The notes under the pieces are model-generated. The model did no database searches, had not been told where the DNA came from, and saw nothing but the letters and a program-made list of their open reading frames with translations. Positions 58,999 through 64,000 of a stretch of DNA of 64,000 bases are shown one piece after another. The DNA is from Verrucomicrobiaceae bacterium. Its GTDB lineage: Bacteria > Pseudomonadota > Gammaproteobacteria > Pseudomonadales > CAMLJR01. A program made the position numbers and the translations under genes. The DNA is taken from assembly GCA_028293825.1 (NCBI GenBank), contig JAQGNY010000048.1:11023-75022 (forward strand), given 5' to 3'. Every line of letters begins with the position of its first letter. The stretch's first letter is position 1.

Positions 58999-59194
58999 TG
59001 CCTCCTTGTCCACCGCGCGAACCTTCGCGCACGCCGTACACATGGGCAAGATAAACACCGGCAACGGGATTGCGTTCAAAGCTCATGATCGGATCGGCGA
59101 GATGATCCCGTTCATAAGGTTTGACCCACGGCTCCATGCTGCTGCAGGCAGCACAGAGAAGAGCGATTGTGGCAATTAAAAAAGTACGCAGCAT
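58973..59194 (-). CDS. DUF4266 family small lipoprotein
   Basis: Lipobox CAAC; VKPYERDHLADPIM; REGSRGG; C-terminal GGGCGCN. Confidence 0.85.
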   Translation of the reverse strand: MLRTFLIATIALLCAACSSMEPWVKPYERDHLADPIMSFERNPVAGVYLAHVYGVREGSRGGQGGNGGGCGCN

Positions 59195-59685
59195 TATTCT
59201 CGAATCAGTTCTTTAATTTGTTGTTCGTAATCTTGTTCGTAACCCGGCTTGTAGCCTTTGTGTAAATAGCGCATGTTGCCATCGCGATCGATCAACACCG
59301 TGGTCGGCATCGCACTTACATTGTAGCTGGAGCTGACGCTGCCGGTATCGTCGAGGAGAACCGGAAAGCTCACCGGAATATCTTTTAATAATTTTGTCGC
59401 GAGCGCCGAATCTTTATCGACATTGACACCGACAACGTTGAATCCTAATTTTTTGTAACGCTCCTGCAATGCATTGAGCTGTGGCATTTCCTGCCGGCAC
59501 GGGCCGCACCACGATGCCCAGAAATTTAACAGGATAACTTCGCCGCGATGTTCGCTAAGACGAATATTGCTGCCTTCCGTACTTTTTAAAGCGAAGTCCG
59601 GGGCCGATTCATTCGCATGGCAAAGCGAAGCGGCAGCAGTGAACAAAAATGCATAAAAAATAGGTAAAAATGATTTTGCGTGCAT
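59194..59685 (-). CDS. TlpA-family thiol-disulfide reductase
   Basis: Signal peptide; APDF; NFWASWCGPC; MPTT. Confidence 0.93.
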   Translation of the reverse strand: MHAKSFLPIFYAFLFTAAASLCHANESAPDFALKSTEGSNIRLSEHRGEVILLNFWASWCGPCRQEMPQLNALQERYKKLGFNVVGVNVDKDSALATKLLKDIPVSFPVLLDDTGSVSSSYNVSAMPTTVLIDRDGNMRYLHKGYKPGYEQDYEQQIKELIRE

Positions 59686-59730
59686 GGTTTTTCCGGTCTC
59701 AAAAGCGTCTCGTTTTGAGAATAGCAGTCA

Positions 59731-60381
59731 TCAGAAAAACACACTGAACCCAGTTCGCAATTCAAGGTTGTTGGTGCGCTCACTTTCACCAAATGTGCTG
59801 CGATTAAATAGATGGTCGCGCGCATCGACATGCCAAGCTAGCCAATCGGTAAGTAATAACCGAAAGCCAACACCGAAATTCGCGGTAAACGCGCTATCGC
59901 CGGCGAAATCGGTACCGCCGACACCGGCAATTAAATACAGCGCCGAATTGAATGCGTATTTACTGGTGATGAAAACTTCGCCGGGCAATATATTCCAGCC
60001 CACCGACAAATCGTAATATTTGTAATCGCGGTCGGAATCGCTCAACAGCGAAGCGCCACCGCTCAATTTTTCGAAACTGGTTTTATCGCCTTTCGACATG
60101 GCGTAATTGGCTTCGAGAAAAATATCTTCGGTGACGTGGTAGGCGAGCATCACACCTTTGACCGGTTCGCTGCCGAAATCCTGAATGCTCAACACGCCGT
60201 AATACGCGCCGACTTCAAAATCCTGCGAATCGATTTTAGGTACTTTAAGTTCGCGACGTTGCAAATCAGGTTCAATAATCTGATCGGAGCGGGATGGTTT
60301 ATTCGCATCTTCAGCCCAGCCGTAAACTGCGGTCAGAGAAAATAATGCGGTTAGAAAAAAGCGCTGAATCCGATTTTCCAT
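59731..60381 (-). CDS. Small outer-membrane beta-barrel protein
   Basis: Signal peptide, AYHVTED, NILPGE, terminal FSVFF. Confidence 0.75.
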   Translation of the reverse strand: MENRIQRFFLTALFSLTAVYGWAEDANKPSRSDQIIEPDLQRRELKVPKIDSQDFEVGAYYGVLSIQDFGSEPVKGVMLAYHVTEDIFLEANYAMSKGDKTSFEKLSGGASLLSDSDRDYKYYDLSVGWNILPGEVFITSKYAFNSALYLIAGVGGTDFAGDSAFTANFGVGFRLLLTDWLAWHVDARDHLFNRSTFGESERTNNLELRTGFSVFF

Positions 60382-61124
60382 TCTTCTACATTCTGGTTAG
60401 TTTCTTGATCGGTTAATACTACATAGTTCTTGTACTGCGCGCGCAGTAAAAACCGCCGCGTCAGATAGTAACGAACGCCAATGCCTGCATCGATTAATCC
60501 ATCGGACCGATTCGTTGCCTGCACCAATGTCGATTTCGGTTCGGTGTAAACCATGCCGCCGCCGAGCGTTACAAACGGCGAAATGCGCCACTGCGGAAAT
60601 GGCTGCATAACTAAACTGCCGGTGGCAATTTTGCCGTTGGAAAAGCTGCCGAAATATTGCGAGCCTTCAATTTCGACCGAAATATTGCGCGTGAAATGAT
60701 ACGCGCCGTACGCGCTGACAATATCGGCGCCGCCGAAACTGCCGGTCATTAAACCGCCTTCCCAATGCCGCTGTTGATACGCGTCGAAATTCGGATGACT
60801 GACGGCTAGCGGCTCGCCGTCGGGCGCGAGTGTTTTCGCCATTTGCGCGATCGACACCCAGCCTTCTTTTTCACGCGGCGTATCTTTGTTAATGCGGACC
60901 TTGATCCAATCGGTGCGTTGTTTCATCGCTTCGACGATCGCACCGCGTTCCGCAATATAAAAAATCGGATAACCGCGACCGGGGCCGGTGTGCAATTCAA
61001 TAAATGGATCGACCACCTTTACCGGCAAATAATTATCGTCGGCGTGAGCGATGCAACCGAAGGCCGTATTCAATAACAGCAACAGCGCTATTTTTTTTGC
61101 GTTGGCAAAAAGCATCAACACCAC
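60351..61124 (-). CDS. SH3b domain plus outer-membrane beta-barrel protein
   Basis: ELHTGPGRGYP, WIKV, EGWV (SH3b); terminal FSAFF. Confidence 0.75.
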   Translation of the reverse strand: MVLMLFANAKKIALLLLLNTAFGCIAHADDNYLPVKVVDPFIELHTGPGRGYPIFYIAERGAIVEAMKQRTDWIKVRINKDTPREKEGWVSIAQMAKTLAPDGEPLAVSHPNFDAYQQRHWEGGLMTGSFGGADIVSAYGAYHFTRNISVEIEGSQYFGSFSNGKIATGSLVMQPFPQWRISPFVTLGGGMVYTEPKSTLVQATNRSDGLIDAGIGVRYYLTRRFLLRAQYKNYVVLTDQETNQNVEEWKIGFSAFF

Positions 61125-61264
61125 ACGATTCTGATAGCGATGGATATGGCGGAAAAACAGCGAAAGCGGATGCAGCGCGGTAGTCCGGTTATTAGTCTAG
61201 CAGTAAGTAGAAATACTGCCGCGCTCTCGCGCACCAACAAAAAGGTCATTGTTTGCATCGATAA

Positions 61265-64000
61265 TTACTGCGCCGCAGCCGCTTTGACGACGTCGTTATA
61301 GTACTGACCGCCGATGTCCAACCACTCGGAAATCAAACGCAGTTCCGCTTTTGTTAATAAATTACTGTGATCGAAACCTGTTTCACCCGATGTGCCGCAA
61401 ATGCCGCCCTTAAAGCAGCCGAAAAATCTCGCGCTATTTAAAGAGCCGCCTGCCGACATTACCGGCGCGACCGTGTGTTGTGTTGTGGTGGTAGTGCCGT
61501 CGCTGTTATTTACGATGGTATCTGGAACATCGACTACTGCGCCGCCCATCAATTGTTGTTGTATGTCTTGCGTAAATAATTCCGAAAACGACAGCACGCG
61601 ATCGTTGTCGCGATCGGAGGGCGCGCTGGTCAGATCGAGTTGGCCCTTTGGCACTTGCGCAAGTGCGGCGGCGTCGACGGGGCCATGACAGCTGGTGCAT
61701 TGCATATCGGTCGCGAGCGTGTTGCCGGTGGCATCAACCGTGCGCGATTTATCCCAAATCGGCTGAATGTGCTCGAGATAATTAATCACGATGCGACAAC
61801 TGGGAATCCAATTGGCCTGACACGCATCGGTGGTCGGCGCCACCGGCACTTGGTGCGGATGCGCCGGATCGGTATTGGTGTAACGGTAATCGAGGTCGGC
61901 TGTTTTCAGTGCCACACTCGCATACTCGTCGGTAAAGAAAACATTGACCGACGGTTTGCGCGGCTGTTGATTGGTGGCCGCATAAATTTCAGCGATGCTT
62001 TGGCCCGCGCGATTTCCCGCGAGCGTGACCGAGCCTGCGGAAACTCCGTTGAAATAGCCGCTGCCGTTCGCCCCGGGATTGCTATCCAGCGCGGCGCTGT
62101 CGTCGCGGCCGTGAGTCAAGGTAACGCTCGCCGGTGTTTGTGCGTTGTGACAGCCGGTGCAACGCACGACTTCGCCGGCTCGAAATTGCCACCAGACTTT
62201 ATGTTGAGCCGTGCTGATGCGCTGCGCATTCGCATCGAGAATATTAAATGTGACCGGCACATCGGCCGGCACTTGCAGTGCGACCGAGCCGTCCGCTTCG
62301 ATCGGCACGTAACCGATGATCTGCCGTAAATAATTTCCGTTTTGTCCGAACGCAAAATTCGGCACGCGCAAAATTTGATTGTTGGCGGCGGGGATTTCAT
62401 CGTTGCGATCAGGCAGCGGCACACCCTGAATAATTTGCAGAAAACGCGCGCGTCGATTTTGGTACGCGGCGGTATTCATCGGATTTGCTTGCGTGGTAAT
62501 TAAGCCAGCCGGTGCGGCTGCGCCGAAATTACCGATGCCGCCATCGAGGTTGTACACCGAGCGAATATCGAGCACGGCAAGATTACTCGAGAGCAAATTG
62601 TTGTACGTGTTATTGCCGTAATCGAGTAAATCGTTGGTGCCGGTTGCGGTGGGATCAACCGCTCGCGTAATGGTTTTGGCCGGCGATGCCGCAACGATGT
62701 CGGTAAATAAAACGCCTTCCTGCGCAGTGACAATTGGTTTTTGTGTTTTCGCGACCGGATCGAAAATCCATATGCCGTAAATAAGTGGCGCCGGCAATGC
62801 ACCCTCGGGCGCTGAAACGCACGGAATAATTTTGCCGGCATCATCGAGTGCGCGACATTGGCTCCACGCAATCAATAAGCGCCCGCTGCCATCGAATAGC
62901 GGCCATACGGCGCCGAATTCGCCGCCGGGAGAAAGCTTTGCCGTGCCCGCTGTTGGATTGGGATTGGTATCTATAACCACCGGGTTCGCCGCCAGCGATT
63001 GTTGAGCGGTGCCGCCGACGCTGGAGTTTTCCCACGTTGGCTGTGCGTTATCGGAGAAATGCGCGGTATCGATCGCGACCAAATCGCCGCCCATGCCGGG
63101 AGAAATATACGGGCGCATGATGGTGACCAGACGGCCGTCTTCCATTTCACGCGGTTGACTGAATTGCACCGTCACGGCGGGATCGCTGCCGGTGTTGTGA
63201 CTGTTATAGCCATATAAGTAGGAGAGACGCATACCGCTCGGATTGATTGTGTACAAATCCATGCGGTTGTTGCCGCTCATATTATCCCAGCGCGTAAATA
63301 CCAATTTGCCGTTGCGCAATTGTGCTGGTGACAAATCGTGGCTCTGGTTATAGGAAATCTGATCGATGTGCGTGCCGTCCGCATCCATGATGTGCAGCAC
63401 ACCAGCTTTAATATTGCTGGGTGGTTCGGCCAATCCCGAATAGGCCGGCGAGCCGCTGCTCGATAATTGTTGCCGTGTTTTCAGTTGCCGGTTGGAAACG
63501 AAAACGATGCGCTGATCTTCCAGAAATTGCGGTGCGACATCGCTGCCCTGGCTGCGATTTTTACTGCTGATGACCGCGTTGATTTGTTTGGTTTTGAAAT
63601 TGTAAATCCAGATATCCCAACTCGGCTGATCCGGATCATCGATATCCAAATTGCGATCGAGCGGGGCGTGCAATGCGAAAACCAATTGCGTGCCATCCGG
63701 CGACACCGCCAGATCTTTTACATCGTACAAGTCTTCTTTGCCGGCAAATAATGCATCGGTGATATTGGTTTCAACCGCATCGGCATCGGCGCGACTACGC
63801 ACCAATAATTTTGCGCCGGGATGAAACGCGAATGGATCGCGCAGATCGTTAAGTTGCTTATCGGGGATCGGCTGCGTTGGTGCCGGCCTGCGAATATACG
63901 CAATAGGATATTCGACGGTAGCGGGATCGGTGGATTGATTGTCGCCGGCGATGCTGATGCCACCACCGCCGCCTCCGCCACAGGCGGTTAATAAGAACAG
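61265..64000 (-). CDS. Large lipoprotein with PD40/beta-propeller, hydrazine-synthase-alpha-like middle domain and two CxxCH motifs; 5' end outside the window
   Basis: Frame is open to 64000 (LFLLTACGGGGGGG lipobox); SPDGTQLVF, IVFVSNR, LVFTRWD; GYVPIEADGS..QVPADVP; CTGCH and CTSCH; EWLDIGGQY. Confidence 0.78.
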   Translation of the reverse strand: MFLLTACGGGGGGGISIAGDNQSTDPATVEYPIAYIRRPAPTQPIPDKQLNDLRDPFAFHPGAKLLVRSRADADAVETNITDALFAGKEDLYDVKDLAVSPDGTQLVFALHAPLDRNLDIDDPDQPSWDIWIYNFKTKQINAVISSKNRSQGSDVAPQFLEDQRIVFVSNRQLKTRQQLSSSGSPAYSGLAEPPSNIKAGVLHIMDADGTHIDQISYNQSHDLSPAQLRNGKLVFTRWDNMSGNNRMDLYTINPSGMRLSYLYGYNSHNTGSDPAVTVQFSQPREMEDGRLVTIMRPYISPGMGGDLVAIDTAHFSDNAQPTWENSSVGGTAQQSLAANPVVIDTNPNPTAGTAKLSPGGEFGAVWPLFDGSGRLLIAWSQCRALDDAGKIIPCVSAPEGALPAPLIYGIWIFDPVAKTQKPIVTAQEGVLFTDIVAASPAKTITRAVDPTATGTNDLLDYGNNTYNNLLSSNLAVLDIRSVYNLDGGIGNFGAAAPAGLITTQANPMNTAAYQNRRARFLQIIQGVPLPDRNDEIPAANNQILRVPNFAFGQNGNYLRQIIGYVPIEADGSVALQVPADVPVTFNILDANAQRISTAQHKVWWQFRAGEVVRCTGCHNAQTPASVTLTHGRDDSAALDSNPGANGSGYFNGVSAGSVTLAGNRAGQSIAEIYAATNQQPRKPSVNVFFTDEYASVALKTADLDYRYTNTDPAHPHQVPVAPTTDACQANWIPSCRIVINYLEHIQPIWDKSRTVDATGNTLATDMQCTSCHGPVDAAALAQVPKGQLDLTSAPSDRDNDRVLSFSELFTQDIQQQLMGGAVVDVPDTIVNNSDGTTTTTQHTVAPVMSAGGSLNSARFFGCFKGGICGTSGETGFDHSNLLTKAELRLISEWLDIGGQYYNDVVKAAAAQ

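Noticed and set aside
58999-59079. Upstream extension of the DUF3570 ORF in the track
   Set aside because: It lies inside the DUF4266 gene; the signal peptide begins near 58998.
58973-59194. RiPP precursor interpretation of the Gly/Cys-rich small ORF
   Set aside because: It has a lipobox and DUF4266 motifs, and no modifying enzymes are adjacent.
61265-64000. Evidence for anammox metabolism
   Set aside because: No hzsB/hzsC or hao genes are in view; HZS-alpha-like domains are widespread outside anammox bacteria.
1-64000. Numerous short antisense or overlapping ORFs in the track; tRNA/rRNA, IS or phage genes
   Set aside because: The short ORFs are shadows of well-supported genes with no motifs; I recognised no RNA genes, transposases or integrases.

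Overview
The window is from a Gammaproteobacterium (gene content suggests a Cellvibrionales-like organism; this is an inference). 1-4.6 kb is the C-terminal part of an NRPS (A-T-C-A-T) with glycine-type specificity codes, no thioesterase and an amphipathic tail. 4.7-36.8 kb is a large exosortase A/PEP-CTERM-type exopolysaccharide locus: OPX, PCP, a degenerate BY-kinase, an OM beta-barrel, three polysaccharide deacetylases, a FemAB protein, exosortase, glycosyltransferases, an ATP-grasp ligase, an LMW-PTP, a ligase/Wzy, a lyase-like secreted protein, FkbM, Wzx, a DegT aminotransferase, a GNAT and prsT/prsR/prsK. 36.9-57.6 kb is mostly housekeeping (DUF1631, FN3 lipoprotein, ispB, SPFH/NfeD, TauE, aguAB, nadK, rhomboid, pepN, CitE-like, MFS). 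57.8-64 kb is a DUF3570/DUF4266/TlpA/beta-barrel cluster with a diheme beta-propeller lipoprotein. The best candidate for an undescribed system is a peptide- or amino-acid-decorated exopolysaccharide, built by a TE-less Gly NRPS, a FemAB transferase fused to a seryl-tRNA-synthetase-like tRNA-binding arm, an ATP-grasp ligase and a GNAT, acting on amines made by the deacetylases and aminotransferase. A second, more speculative idea is FN3 beta-strand complementation between a secreted enzyme and a lipoprotein. All family calls come from motif recognition by eye; no searches were run.
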